Below are positions 16,938-26,322 of a DNA stretch of 64,000 nucleotides, in pieces (the first letter of the stretch is position 1; every line of letters starts with the position of its first letter). The notes below the pieces were generated by a model that worked only from the letters and a program-made list of their open reading frames with translations, was not told where the DNA came from and did not search any database. Where the stretch lies: assembly GCA_965366815.1 (NCBI GenBank), contig CBDUGV010000003.1, positions 741-64,740 of the forward strand, read 5' to 3'. Made by a program: the position numbers and the translations under genes. The DNA comes from an uncultured Bdellovibrionales bacterium. GTDB lineage: Bacteria; Bdellovibrionota_C; UBA2361; SZUA-149.

Positions 16938-17807
16938 ATGGATTCGAAACTGACACAAAGGCGTTTTTTAGATTTATTCGAAGGACAGCTCACTGAAGAA
17001 GAGCGGCTTGTCCTAGAAGATGAACTCGAGACCTCTCCAGAGTTAAACAGAGAGTATACTGAGTATCGAGCCTTGGCGAAGCTCGAAGAGCTTATTGCTT
17101 CAGAAGACTTCTATCTTGAAGAAGACCTTTCAGAAATCGTCCTCGACACGATTGAGGACAAGGGAATGCAACAAGAAGCTCATGCAGCCTATTTCCGAAA
17201 GTATCATGTTTGGATTGGCAGCTTGATGAGTGTGAATGTGGCGCTTCTCGCGGTATTGGTGACACTGTTGGCACGTGGACCGGTTGCCACACCAAGCGCT
17301 CCTCGGGATACGCAAGTACAAGTTGCGAGTAGCGATGCTATCGTCCCAGGTTTTCGACCAGTTACGATCGACGTTGCAATGCCGAAGAAATTTCATCCGG
17401 AGCGTGTCGATATCCGCGTTGCATATGAGCGAGATGGTCGAAGGCAGCTTCATGATTTGGCTCGATTCGTGAAAGTGCTCGACATTAAGGATGCGCATGA
17501 CAGTGATGTTGCAAATGCCCGATTGACGCTACTTGTGCCCGATGAGGCTGCTGAGCGGATTACCCTTGCGCGACTTGTTGGTGAACTAGATTTGCTACTT
17601 TCCTCCCCGATTGCCTCTCCGAAGCCGCAGGGTGGTGAGCAGGTAACCATTCGCGACCCTTCTGGGCGACCGATTGTCGAGAATGCGGCACGCTCGACCT
17701 TTGCGGTGCTCTATTTACCAGAGAGAGACTCTGGTGTCCCAGTTCGTCAGGTGTACTATGAAGGTCATTGGCATCGTCACTACGATATGCGGGCGATTGG
17801 CTTCTAG
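16938..17807 (+). CDS. Putative anti-sigma factor: cytoplasmic N-terminal domain, one TM helix, and a periplasmic CpaB C-terminal-like domain.
   Basis: The ATG at 16938 is 2 nt after the sigma stop. The N-terminus LDLFEGQLTEEERLVLEDELE is anti-sigma-like and the TM helix is IGSLMSVNVALLAVLVTLLA. The C-terminus RVDIRVAYERDGRRQLHDLARFVKVLDIKD...ARLTLLVPDEAAERITLARLVGELDLLL aligns with the C-terminus of the adjacent CpaB (RVDILFHY...LIEFVKVLSVDG...ATLLVTIRDAQRIELARGMGKITLAL). The track's longer ORF (from 16761) overlaps the sigma gene in another frame; I rejected it. Confidence 0.6.
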   Translation: MDSKLTQRRFLDLFEGQLTEEERLVLEDELETSPELNREYTEYRALAKLEELIASEDFYLEEDLSEIVLDTIEDKGMQQEAHAAYFRKYHVWIGSLMSVNVALLAVLVTLLARGPVATPSAPRDTQVQVASSDAIVPGFRPVTIDVAMPKKFHPERVDIRVAYERDGRRQLHDLARFVKVLDIKDAHDSDVANARLTLLVPDEAAERITLARLVGELDLLLSSPIASPKPQGGEQVTIRDPSGRPIVENAARSTFAVLYLPERDSGVPVRQVYYEGHWHRHYDMRAIGF

Positions 17808-18745
17808 CCAATAAACGAGCGCCATGCGTTCACTTCGGCGGTCCGTTCGAAACGCGGCTTCAACCGCAACAGATGATCCTTAAGTGAGGTATACCATTGC
17901 ACATCGGTCTCACTGCGCAGCAAGAGTGCTGAGAGTTCCTTCGTGTCTTCGACTTCAAAAATAGCTGGATAGTCTTCACCAAGTAGGCCGACGAGTCCAG
18001 GAATCCGACTAATGATCAAGGGTAGTTCCGCCACTATCGCTTCGGAAACAACGGCTGGGGCACCTTCTACTCTTGACGACTGGACGAGGAGGTCAGCACC
18101 TCGCAGTTCGGCAAGGACTTCGTCATGCCCTACTTCTTCAAACCAATGGTAGCGTGAATTCTCCGACATTTCCTCGCGGGCACGTCTCGCGAGTTTCGGA
18201 TCTAGAGACCCGCCAAAATGGCGAATCTGTATTTTCGAAGACTGGGGGAGTAGTCGAGCCGCAGCAGCGGTGCGGAGTGGATCTTTTTCGTCTCGTAGAT
18301 GACCTGAGACGATCACGGTGAATGCATCAGAGTCCTTTGCTTTGCTATTGGTGGATAGCTCTGCCGATTGCAGTAGCACTACTGATTTCTTCTGTAACTC
18401 CGCTGGCAGCTCCGCATGGGTGCTGGGGTTTAGACAAATTACATTGTCGACAGTCGAGAGTTTTTCAGAAACAGCCAGCTTTGTCTCTTCGTTGCCATAC
18501 ATGTCAGTTCCGGTAATCGCGACGGCGACTCTTGTCGTTGGCTGCTCTTGTTTGAGACGGGCGACAATTTCCGCAGTCTTAAACACATGGAGGCAGATAG
18601 CGAAGTCGAGCTTCTCGCCATCGTATTCGTCAGCAACTCTCACCTGATGGCCGAGCTGCTCGAGGATTGCCGCCCAGCGATTGGCGGTAATTCGATTGCC
18701 ACTAGAACGTGTATTCGAGCGCGGGAAGAAGATTGCGACTTTCAT
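17804..18745 (-). CDS. Glycosyltransferase family 1 (GT4-type) protein.
   Basis: GT-B C-terminal domain signature (LLVQSSRVEGAPAVVSEAIVAELPLIISRIPGL). Likely start MKVAIFF at 18745. Confidence 0.65.
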   Translation of the reverse strand: MKVAIFFPRSNTRSSGNRITANRWAAILEQLGHQVRVADEYDGEKLDFAICLHVFKTAEIVARLKQEQPTTRVAVAITGTDMYGNEETKLAVSEKLSTVDNVICLNPSTHAELPAELQKKSVVLLQSAELSTNSKAKDSDAFTVIVSGHLRDEKDPLRTAAAARLLPQSSKIQIRHFGGSLDPKLARRAREEMSENSRYHWFEEVGHDEVLAELRGADLLVQSSRVEGAPAVVSEAIVAELPLIISRIPGLVGLLGEDYPAIFEVEDTKELSALLLRSETDVQWYTSLKDHLLRLKPRFERTAEVNAWRSFIG

Positions 18746-18927
18746 GCGTATCTCAACCCCTTTCTCACCCAGCATTCATGAATTGATATCAAATAGTTAC
18801 CTTCAATAAGGTAAAGCATCGGCGAAATACTGTCGATTCAAGAGCTATGCCTTTTGAGACTGCCCAACGGCCTTCTCATACTCTACAGACTTGATTGCAC
18901 ATATACAATTTAGCATAGCCAGTTCGA

Positions 18928-19689
18928 ATGAAGGTTTTAATCGCAATTTGTTTAGTGGGAGTTCTGCTCTCCGAGTGGCCAAAAGGCTATTGGCCCACCT
19001 TGCGATCGCAAAGCAAATGCCTCTGGCGAGATATTCGCCGTTCGTTTGCCGTGCGAATCAGCATCGTCTTTCTGGTTATCTTTCTCTTTGATTCGTTTCT
19101 CTTAACTGCAATTCAATCAGTGGAGCATCCGATCGGAACTCGGTTGATTCGTCTGGGCGGATTGATCGGGCGGAATGTAAATTTCTGGTTTCTACTTCTT
19201 GGCGCCTATCTATTGAGTAAAGTATTTCGCATGCGCAAAGTTTCTGTTGTGATTCTCGGTGCAATGTTTTCGGCCGCGCTTACTGGGGTCGCTTGTAACG
19301 TATTAAAAGTCTTGGTGCTTCGCTCTCGTCCGGCTGCAGATATGGGACAGATGTCTTTTTTCAACGTGGGAGGATACATCGAGCATAAAGGGTTATTTCT
19401 TAGTTTCCCTTCTGGGGATGTCGCTCTGGTCGCCGGTGCCGCTGGATTTATTTTCTATTTTGTGAAGGATTGGTATCTACGCGCCCTAGTCGTTGCGATA
19501 CCTCTGCTCACATGTGCTTCGCGCATCCAACTCAATAGGCACTGGCCTTCTGATACCGTCTTATCGGTCTGCCTCGGGCTTCTCATTGGCCATTATCTCT
19601 GGCGCTCTCATCAATCACGTATGACAAATTACTCTCAGCTGCCGCTGTTTTTAAGGGTCCATCGGCCCCTCCTAGAGAGCGAGAAATAG
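18928..19689 (+). CDS. PAP2-superfamily membrane phosphatase.
   Basis: PAP2 motifs KVLVLRSRP, PSGD and SRIQLNRHWPSD, embedded in a polytopic membrane protein. Confidence 0.7.
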   Translation: MKVLIAICLVGVLLSEWPKGYWPTLRSQSKCLWRDIRRSFAVRISIVFLVIFLFDSFLLTAIQSVEHPIGTRLIRLGGLIGRNVNFWFLLLGAYLLSKVFRMRKVSVVILGAMFSAALTGVACNVLKVLVLRSRPAADMGQMSFFNVGGYIEHKGLFLSFPSGDVALVAGAAGFIFYFVKDWYLRALVVAIPLLTCASRIQLNRHWPSDTVLSVCLGLLIGHYLWRSHQSRMTNYSQLPLFLRVHRPLLESEK

Positions 19690-19705
19690 TTTAGCGGAAC
19701 ACTGA

Positions 19706-19780
19706 GCTACGAAATTCGCTGTCCCTAGGGTAATTTCCCAAAATTCGCTTATTCCGATATATTTACCTACGAATTCGAGC
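19706..19780. repeat. Three palindromic CGAA(A)TTCG-type sites spaced about 30 bp apart upstream of the second hybrid kinase.
   Basis: TACGAAATTCGCT (19708), CCAAAATTCGCT (19738), TACGAATTCGAGC (19768). Confidence 0.4.
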
Positions 19781-19943
19781 GGCAGATTGAAAAGCCAGTC
19801 GTAGTACAGGTAATCTCAATCGGCATCAAGCGGAGGTGGTTGTGGTGTGGGGGCAGTTGAGCTTCGTACTGCAACACGAACACGAATTTTACCGGATCAT
19901 CTTAGAGCGATCACTATAAACTGCAGGCTATAGACTGGATACA

Positions 19944-21980
19944 GTGCAATTGCTGAGAAGACAGAGCAAGAAAAATCAGCCGGACCAAGCTGAGGAGTCC
20001 GATGAGCTGCTTACTTCCGATTTGGCAACGAAGCCACAACAAGTGTTGTTCGTGCACCTCTCGTCGATTTCGACAGAGCCACTTATCTCTGTACTTGAGG
20101 ACCGAAACTGTGTTGTTCGAGCAGTGGATTCTGCTGAAGCTGCGATTGAACTAATCGCCCAATGGCCGATCGAGGTCGTTTTCGTTGGTCTGGCCTCCGA
20201 TCGGAAACAGGCGATGCGCAGCATCCTCAAATTTCGTTCTATGCGGCCGTTAACGTGCGTTGCGGTAGGTTCGCTTGAAAATGACGGCCAGCAGTTCTCT
20301 CGACGAGAAGTGCTCGAGATCATTAGAGCGGGAGCTGACGATTTTCTAGAGCCCCCGTTTCAAACTGAGGAAGTCCAGAGCTGCCTGTCGTTTTGTCGCG
20401 ATAAATTGTCACAAAGGCAGCAGATGCACCAAACGATTGAGGCCTTGCGGCGCAGTGAAGAACAGTTCTTGGAGTTCGCTGAACATTTAGATCAAGCGTT
20501 TTGGTTATCTGATGATGCGAACCAGCAGTGCTTGTACGTCAGTCCTGCCTACGAACGCATTTTTGGACTCAGTATTGAAAGCCTCTATGAGAATACTTAT
20601 TCTTATAAACCCCTGGTGCACCCAGATGATGTGAGCAAAGTCGACAAGTATATTGCTGAGCGCAAGCGGGGTAATAGCGCTGAAGTTGAATATCGCTTCC
20701 GGCATCCTGATGGTTCTATTCGTTGGATTCGCTCTCGCGCGTTTCCTATCGTTGATGAGAACGGTAGCTTGTTGCGAATTGCCGGAATTACCGAAGACAC
20801 CACTGAGAAGAAGCGACTCGAAGAGGAATTGCTGCACACCCAGAAAATGCAGGCCATCGGCGAACTTGCCGGAGGTATCGCACATGATTTCAATAACCTG
20901 TTGACTCCGATTCTCGGCTATAGCGATCTTCTGACCTCAGGGAAGTTGTCGCAACAGAAAATCGAAAAAGCCAGTGATACGATTCGACGAGCTGCGACGC
21001 GAGCCATGGAGCTCACGAAGCAATTGCTGGGTTTTGCCAGAAAAGGCAAGCATCAACATTTGCCAGTTGATGTGCATAGCGAAGTTGATGAAGTCGTAGC
21101 ACTGGTTAAGCGAACCTTTGATAAGAAAGTTATTATCGAAACTCGTCTGGAAGCCGGGAACAGTGTCGTGCTGGGGGATCCGACCCAGATTAATCAGGTG
21201 CTCCTTAATCTCGCGCTCAATGCGCGAGACGCGATGAGTGAGTTGGAGAGTGCTCGGCTGACCATCACGACAGCCGTTAGCGATGTCCCCTATACCCTCT
21301 TAGTGCAGGACCCCAACAATCGACTGAATCGATATTTAAAGGTTACGGTGTCTGACACAGGCTGTGGAATTGAACACCAAACTCAGCAACGAATTTTTGA
21401 ACCGTTCTTCTCTACTAAACCACATGGTGAAGGCAGCGGAATGGGACTGGCGATGGTCTACGGCATTGTTCGAACCCATGGTGGAACTATTGAAGTTGAA
21501 AGTGAGGTGGGGCAAGGGACAACGTTTCGCTTCTACTTACCGCTGGCTGACGAGGTAGTTACTCAGGAGCGCGCTGAAGAAGGATCCAAGGGAGTTGCCG
21601 AGTCGCGAACCGGTGTGGTGCTCTTGGTCGATGACGAGGAAAGCGTACGGGAAGTTGCTCAGGACATGCTGACGCATCTGGGCTACGAAGTGTTGGTTGC
21701 ATCTGATGGGCTCGAGGCGATTGCCATCTATAAACAGCGTCAAAATGACATCTCTTTAGTAATACTTGATATGCTCATGCCAAGGCTTGGTGGACATGAT
21801 TGCTATCGGAAATTGCGTGAAATCAATTCTGAGGTCGTGGCGATTCTCTCTACTGGCTATGATCTCAACCACTCTGCTCAGAAGATCCTAGATGAGGGAG
21901 TCAAGGGCTTTATTCAAAAGCCCTATACTCTCGAACAGTTTGCCGAAACGACCGGCCGCTTTCATCCTTCAAACAAGTAG
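19944..21980 (+). CDS. Hybrid sensor histidine kinase, paralogue of 7986..10004 with the same domain order.
   Basis: Near-identical H-box (HTQKMQAIGELAGGIAHDFNNLLTPILGYS), HATPase boxes, C-terminal REC (VLLVDDEESVREVA...LVILDMLMPRLGG). The N-terminal receiver-like domain ends in GADDFLEPPF. Confidence 0.8.
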   Translation: MQLLRRQSKKNQPDQAEESDELLTSDLATKPQQVLFVHLSSISTEPLISVLEDRNCVVRAVDSAEAAIELIAQWPIEVVFVGLASDRKQAMRSILKFRSMRPLTCVAVGSLENDGQQFSRREVLEIIRAGADDFLEPPFQTEEVQSCLSFCRDKLSQRQQMHQTIEALRRSEEQFLEFAEHLDQAFWLSDDANQQCLYVSPAYERIFGLSIESLYENTYSYKPLVHPDDVSKVDKYIAERKRGNSAEVEYRFRHPDGSIRWIRSRAFPIVDENGSLLRIAGITEDTTEKKRLEEELLHTQKMQAIGELAGGIAHDFNNLLTPILGYSDLLTSGKLSQQKIEKASDTIRRAATRAMELTKQLLGFARKGKHQHLPVDVHSEVDEVVALVKRTFDKKVIIETRLEAGNSVVLGDPTQINQVLLNLALNARDAMSELESARLTITTAVSDVPYTLLVQDPNNRLNRYLKVTVSDTGCGIEHQTQQRIFEPFFSTKPHGEGSGMGLAMVYGIVRTHGGTIEVESEVGQGTTFRFYLPLADEVVTQERAEEGSKGVAESRTGVVLLVDDEESVREVAQDMLTHLGYEVLVASDGLEAIAIYKQRQNDISLVILDMLMPRLGGHDCYRKLREINSEVVAILSTGYDLNHSAQKILDEGVKGFIQKPYTLEQFAETTGRFHPSNK

Positions 21981-21988
21981 CCTTTGCT

Positions 21989-22471
21989 CTAGTGCTTCTT
22001 AAAATAGTCGAAGGGCTCCAAGCACGAATTGCAGAACCATAGCGCTTTGCAGGCAGTAGAACCGAATTCGGAGCGACATTCTGTATCTATTGATTTGCAG
22101 CGTGGGCAGACAATCGTGCTAGGCAGTTGTACCAGTTGCCTATCGCTTGGCGCGGCGATACCAATTTTTCGAAGTTTCTCTTTCGTTTTATCGCTGATCC
22201 AATCTGTCGTCCAACATGGCGAGAGAGTCACTTTCAGCTGTACTGATTGAATTCCGTTCTCCGCGAGTACATTGGTGATATCGTTCTTCATAACATCCAG
22301 TGCAGGGCAGCCGGAATAGGTTGGGGTAATGACAACTACCACACGCTGCCCTTCTAAAAGCACATCTCGAACAACGCCGAGTTCCACCACGTTAATGGAT
22401 GGCAGTTCGGGGTCTTTTACTTGTTCAAGTAGTTCGAGTATCTGCTTTTTATTCATCGAGACTTGTTCCAC
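21989..22471 (-). CDS. paaD: 1,2-phenylacetyl-CoA epoxidase subunit PaaD.
   Basis: MIP18-like domain (KDPELPSINVVELGVVRDV...VVITPTYSGCPA) plus a C-terminal Cys cluster (CPRCKS...CNSC). Confidence 0.8.
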   Translation of the reverse strand: MEQVSMNKKQILELLEQVKDPELPSINVVELGVVRDVLLEGQRVVVVITPTYSGCPALDVMKNDITNVLAENGIQSVQLKVTLSPCWTTDWISDKTKEKLRKIGIAAPSDRQLVQLPSTIVCPRCKSIDTECRSEFGSTACKALWFCNSCLEPFDYFKKH

Positions 22472-22474
22472 GAT

Positions 22475-23245
22475 TTACCAATCTGCTTCGGGGAATGCTC
22501 GTGCCGTACTTTGCATCTCGCTTAACAAACGCCCGAGGTGTTCAGAGTGCTGGCCCTCTCGACCACGAGCTAGATACTGAGGATTCGTTTCGAGAGCCGG
22601 GAGCGTCGCCTCTGCAAGTATCTCGCCAACTTGCTGATTCCATGCGGCACGGATATCGAGAAGTGGTGCGATCAGCCCTTTTTGCTCCAAGTCCTGTACT
22701 GCAGAACTTGCTTGAAATAATTCTTCAATATATTGGGATAATTGTTCGATTGCCGCGCGCATGCGGCCATGACTCTCTGGCGTACCATCGCCAAGACGAA
22801 GTATCCATGTACTGCTATGGCGAAGGTGGTAGAGAACTTCTTTATGCGCTTTCTCGGCAATTTCCGCGAGTCTAGGGATCTGAGCCGATATAAGTTGTTC
22901 GAATCTCAGGCAGGAGAAGCTGTCGTAAAAAAATTGGCGGGCGATTGTGTCCGCGAAGTCACCGTTCGGTTGTTCTACCAACAAACAATTGCGGAATTGG
23001 ACAGTATCGCGAAAAAACGCGAGCCGATCAGCATTATGCCCTTCTCCTTTCACTTCAGCGGCATGTTCTAGGAGAAGAGTTCCAACGCCAAGGCAGTCGA
23101 GTGCGATGTTTGCTAAGGCAATGTCCTCTTCAAGCATCGGGGCGTGACCACACCATTCGGAAAGACGATGCCCGAGCACAAGATGATCGTCGGCAAGCTC
23201 GAGTAGAAAATGGAATAGCGGTAGACGATTTTCAGCTGGTATCAT
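22475..23245 (-). CDS. paaC: 1,2-phenylacetyl-CoA epoxidase subunit PaaC.
   Basis: Ferritin-like PaaC family signature (LLELADDHLVLGHRLSEWCGHAPMLEEDIALANIALDCLG) and an operon position between paaB and paaD. Confidence 0.85.
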   Translation of the reverse strand: MIPAENRLPLFHFLLELADDHLVLGHRLSEWCGHAPMLEEDIALANIALDCLGVGTLLLEHAAEVKGEGHNADRLAFFRDTVQFRNCLLVEQPNGDFADTIARQFFYDSFSCLRFEQLISAQIPRLAEIAEKAHKEVLYHLRHSSTWILRLGDGTPESHGRMRAAIEQLSQYIEELFQASSAVQDLEQKGLIAPLLDIRAAWNQQVGEILAEATLPALETNPQYLARGREGQHSEHLGRLLSEMQSTARAFPEADW

Positions 23246-23247
23246 TG

Positions 23248-23565
23248 CTACTGCTTCCGCTTCGCGACTTTGTAAAATTGCGGATGTCGAAAAATCTTAT
23301 CCTGAGCCGGATCAAAAAACGGGCCGCGATCGTCTGGAGTGCTGGCGGTTATACTTTCAGAGGGGACAACCCATATACTGACGATCTCTTCCCGCCTCCC
23401 ATATACATCACGAGCGTTTTGCAACGCCAGTTCGGCATCGCTTGCGTGCACATTCCCTGCGTGTTCATGTGGTGCTCCACCGGCCAATTGCACAAAGACC
23501 TCCCACATCGCGAGCGTTTGCTCTTCATCGCTGTACTTTGAGTCGTTTTTGGGTGCTTTTCCCAC
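23248..23565 (-). CDS. paaB: 1,2-phenylacetyl-CoA epoxidase subunit PaaB.
   Basis: WEVFVQLAGGAPHEHAGNVHASDAELALQNARDVYGRREEIVSIWVVPSESITAS...FFDP...FRHPQFY matches E. coli PaaB (YEVFVRSKQGLSHRHVGSLHAADERMALENARDAYTRR...SIWVV). The proposed start is the GTG at 23565, preceded 5 nt upstream by AAGAGGA. The track's longer ORF overlaps paaA out of frame. Confidence 0.75.
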   Translation of the reverse strand: MGKAPKNDSKYSDEEQTLAMWEVFVQLAGGAPHEHAGNVHASDAELALQNARDVYGRREEIVSIWVVPSESITASTPDDRGPFFDPAQDKIFRHPQFYKVAKRKQ

Positions 23566-23581
23566 TCGTGTCCTCTTTTCG

Positions 23582-24547
23582 CTAGGCTGCCAGTTCGTTG
23601 CTTCGTTTCTTATCTGCATAGGCTTGTGCTGCCGCACGAACCCATTCACCGTCTCGGAAGGCTTTTGTTCTCGCTTCGAGTCGATCTCGATTACATGGAC
23701 CGTTCCCAGAGAGTACTTGCCGAAATTCGTCCCAGTCAATTTCTCCAATTCGCCAGGATCCAGACTGCTCGTCAAACTCCAAATCCGGATCGGGAATCTG
23801 CAAGCCCCAGGCATGAGCCTGGGGTACGCTTGCGTCAATGAACCGCTGCCGCAGTTCATCATTCGATTTTAGCTTTACGCGAAATTTCAACAATTCGGCG
23901 CTGTTCGGACTGTTGCTGTTGGGTGGCCCAAACATCATCAGCGTTGGCCACCACCACCGATTGAGCGCATCCTGTACCATCTCCTGCTGAGCTTCTGTTC
24001 CATTTGCCAGGGTCTCCACAATTTCCATTCCTTGCTTCTTGTGGAAGTTCTCCTCCCTGCAGATTCTCAGCATGGCGCGTGCGTACGGCCCATAAGAACA
24101 TTTGGCAAGCATTGTTTGATTGATGATAGCGGCACCGTCAACCAGCCAGCCGATAATCCCAATGTCAGCCCAGCTCAGCGTTGGATAGTTGAAAATATGG
24201 GAGTACTTGGCTTTCGCCGCAAGTAGCTCGGCAACAAGCTCAGCTCGCGTGACGCCGAGAGATTCTACAGCCGAGTAGATGTAGAGACCGTGACCGGCCT
24301 CATCTTGTACTTTTGCAATGAGCGCCATCTTACGCTTCAGCGTCGGAGCTCGGGTAATCCAATTTCCCTCCGGAAGCATGCCCACTACTTCAGAGTGTGC
24401 GTGTTGCGACATCATGCGGATCAATTGTTTGCGGTAGGCATCCGACATCGGATCCTTCGCTTCAATGGTTTCGCCGCTGTCGATTCGCGTTTGAAATAGC
24501 TCTTCGTCGAATAACAACTGTGAAGACTTCGAACTCATAAGATTCAC
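23582..24547 (-). CDS. paaA: 1,2-phenylacetyl-CoA epoxidase catalytic subunit PaaA.
   Basis: [38 protein letters not shown]...[10 protein letters not shown]...[23 protein letters not shown]...SYGPYARAM is nearly collinear with E. coli PaaA, including the di-iron ligand motifs. Confidence 0.9.
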   Translation of the reverse strand: MNLMSSKSSQLLFDEELFQTRIDSGETIEAKDPMSDAYRKQLIRMMSQHAHSEVVGMLPEGNWITRAPTLKRKMALIAKVQDEAGHGLYIYSAVESLGVTRAELVAELLAAKAKYSHIFNYPTLSWADIGIIGWLVDGAAIINQTMLAKCSYGPYARAMLRICREENFHKKQGMEIVETLANGTEAQQEMVQDALNRWWWPTLMMFGPPNSNSPNSAELLKFRVKLKSNDELRQRFIDASVPQAHAWGLQIPDPDLEFDEQSGSWRIGEIDWDEFRQVLSGNGPCNRDRLEARTKAFRDGEWVRAAAQAYADKKRSNELAA

Positions 24548-24676
24548 TAACCCCCTAAAACGAAACCAGAAATATTGTACCAGTATATCGTACCGGGATC
24601 GGCGAGTTAAGTAGAATCTCAGCTTAGTATCGTTAAGTATTACAGAGTCTTCTGCGAGCAGCTGCTCAGCGGACTC

Positions 24677-26287
24677 CTACGCCAAGCGATAGCGTGCCTG
24701 ACTCGGGTGCCGTTCGCCAAGCCGCAGCACACCGCGATCCTGATTAGCACTCAGGTGTTCGAGAATCTTGTAAACTGTTTCAGATTCATCTTCGGCGCCA
24801 ATTGCCGAGGCAAGTTCCTCAGCGGTGAGTCCATCTCCAGAAGTACCGGTGCTTTGGAGGGACTTCATAACAGCGTGCTGTAACTCAACCACACGGGCGG
24901 CGGCTTTCTTTCCGGCCTCGACACCAGGTTGATGATAAGCGTTTACATTGACCAGACTGGCATAGAGTCCAACGCTGCGCTCGTAGAGGGCAATTAACGC
25001 GCCCAACGTGTGGGCATTGAGTTTGTCTACGGTAATAGTGACCGAACCGCGATCGTTTTCATGAAGCGCGCGTCGAGTGCCAAGCATAAATCCACTTAAG
25101 TAATCGCCGGAAGTCACGCCAGGCTCAACTTCGAAATCACCGCGTTGATCACTGAAATCGCAGAAATCTTCGAGAACCTCAATGAAGGTTACGAAGAAGT
25201 TATTGAGCCCATCTCGTAGTTGTTGCACATATGCGTGCTGATCCGTCGAGCCTTTATTCCCATAGACGGCAATACCTTGGTTTACCGTGGCGCCGTCGAG
25301 GTCTTTCTCTTTACCCAAGGACTCCATAACCAATTGTTGGAGGTACTTGCTAAACAGACAGAGGCGATCTTTGTAGGGGAGGAGCACCATATCGCGCTCT
25401 CCTTTTCCATTGCCAGCTGCATACCACATCAGCGCGAGGAGAGCGGCAGGGTTCTGCAACGTCTCTTTGTTTCGAGTCAGCATATCCATCTTCGCTGCTC
25501 CCGCGAGAAACTGGTCGACATCGGCGCCATGCAGTGCGGCTGGGACCAATCCGACGGCAGAAAAAAGCGAGGTTCTTCCCCCAACCCAGTCCCACATGTA
25601 GAGTTGGGCAAGCCAGGTTTGTTCATCAGCGAGTTGATCGAGTTTGCTACCGCTACAAGTAATAGCTACTGCGTGATGACCAAAGTGTAGTCCTCGATCA
25701 GTAAACGCCCGGGCTACTTCCAACATGCCGTTTCGAGTTTCGACCGTCCCGCCCGATTTAGAAATAACGAGGCAGAGCGTTTCATCCAGTTTGTCGCCAA
25801 TCTGGCTCAGCGTCTTGCTGATACCGTCAGGATCGGTGTTGTCACAGAAGTAGAGGTTCATCGGTGCGTCGGGAGACCAAAGCGCATCGTAGACGAGCTG
25901 TGGGCCAAGTGCCGATCCACCAATTCCGATCAACAATACATTTGAAAATCTATCTTTGCGTTCTGGGGTGATCGCACCGCTGTGGATTCGCTGGGCAAAG
26001 TCTTTGACTCTATTGATACTAGCAGAAATCTCATTACCGAGATTGCTATCTGGTGCCAGCTCGGGGTTTCGCAACCAGTAATGTCCTACCATCCGTTGTT
26101 CGTCAGGATTGGCAATCGCACCGTTCTCGAGCTCTTCCATCGCGGTAAACGCATCTTGCATTTTCGCTTCCATCGACGAAAGAAAGTCTTCGGCAAAATG
26201 CATCCGACTGATATCGAGTGAAAGTCCTAGTTCTGGATAGATGGTGAGAAATTGGCAGTAGCGCTGCCATTGTTGTTGCTGCGTCAT
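24677..26287 (-). CDS. pgi: Glucose-6-phosphate isomerase.
   Basis: 536 aa with PGI family signatures ([35 protein letters not shown]). Confidence 0.85.
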   Translation of the reverse strand: MTQQQQWQRYCQFLTIYPELGLSLDISRMHFAEDFLSSMEAKMQDAFTAMEELENGAIANPDEQRMVGHYWLRNPELAPDSNLGNEISASINRVKDFAQRIHSGAITPERKDRFSNVLLIGIGGSALGPQLVYDALWSPDAPMNLYFCDNTDPDGISKTLSQIGDKLDETLCLVISKSGGTVETRNGMLEVARAFTDRGLHFGHHAVAITCSGSKLDQLADEQTWLAQLYMWDWVGGRTSLFSAVGLVPAALHGADVDQFLAGAAKMDMLTRNKETLQNPAALLALMWYAAGNGKGERDMVLLPYKDRLCLFSKYLQQLVMESLGKEKDLDGATVNQGIAVYGNKGSTDQHAYVQQLRDGLNNFFVTFIEVLEDFCDFSDQRGDFEVEPGVTSGDYLSGFMLGTRRALHENDRGSVTITVDKLNAHTLGALIALYERSVGLYASLVNVNAYHQPGVEAGKKAAARVVELQHAVMKSLQSTGTSGDGLTAEELASAIGAEDESETVYKILEHLSANQDRGVLRLGERHPSQARYRLA

Positions 26288-26322
26288 GGTTCCCCCAAAA
26301 GCGACTTGTAGTGCGACTAATG

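Noticed and set aside
16761-17807. Track ORF of 348 aa starting inside the ECF sigma gene.
   Set aside because: Its first 59 codons overlap the sigma-factor gene in a different frame. The ATG at 16938, 2 nt after the sigma stop, gives the expected anti-sigma N-terminus.
23248-23862. Track ORF of 204 aa upstream-extended PaaB.
   Set aside because: Its N-terminal ~100 codons overlap paaA out of frame. The PaaB homology starts near the GTG at 23565, which has the good AAGAGGA Shine-Dalgarno.
24657-24668. 12-bp perfect palindrome GAGCAGCTGCTC 9 nt downstream of the pgi stop, considered as a pgi terminator.
   Set aside because: A loop-less 12-nt palindrome cannot form a stable terminator hairpin and no U-run follows. 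It may be a protein-binding site in the paaA promoter region, but there is no further support.
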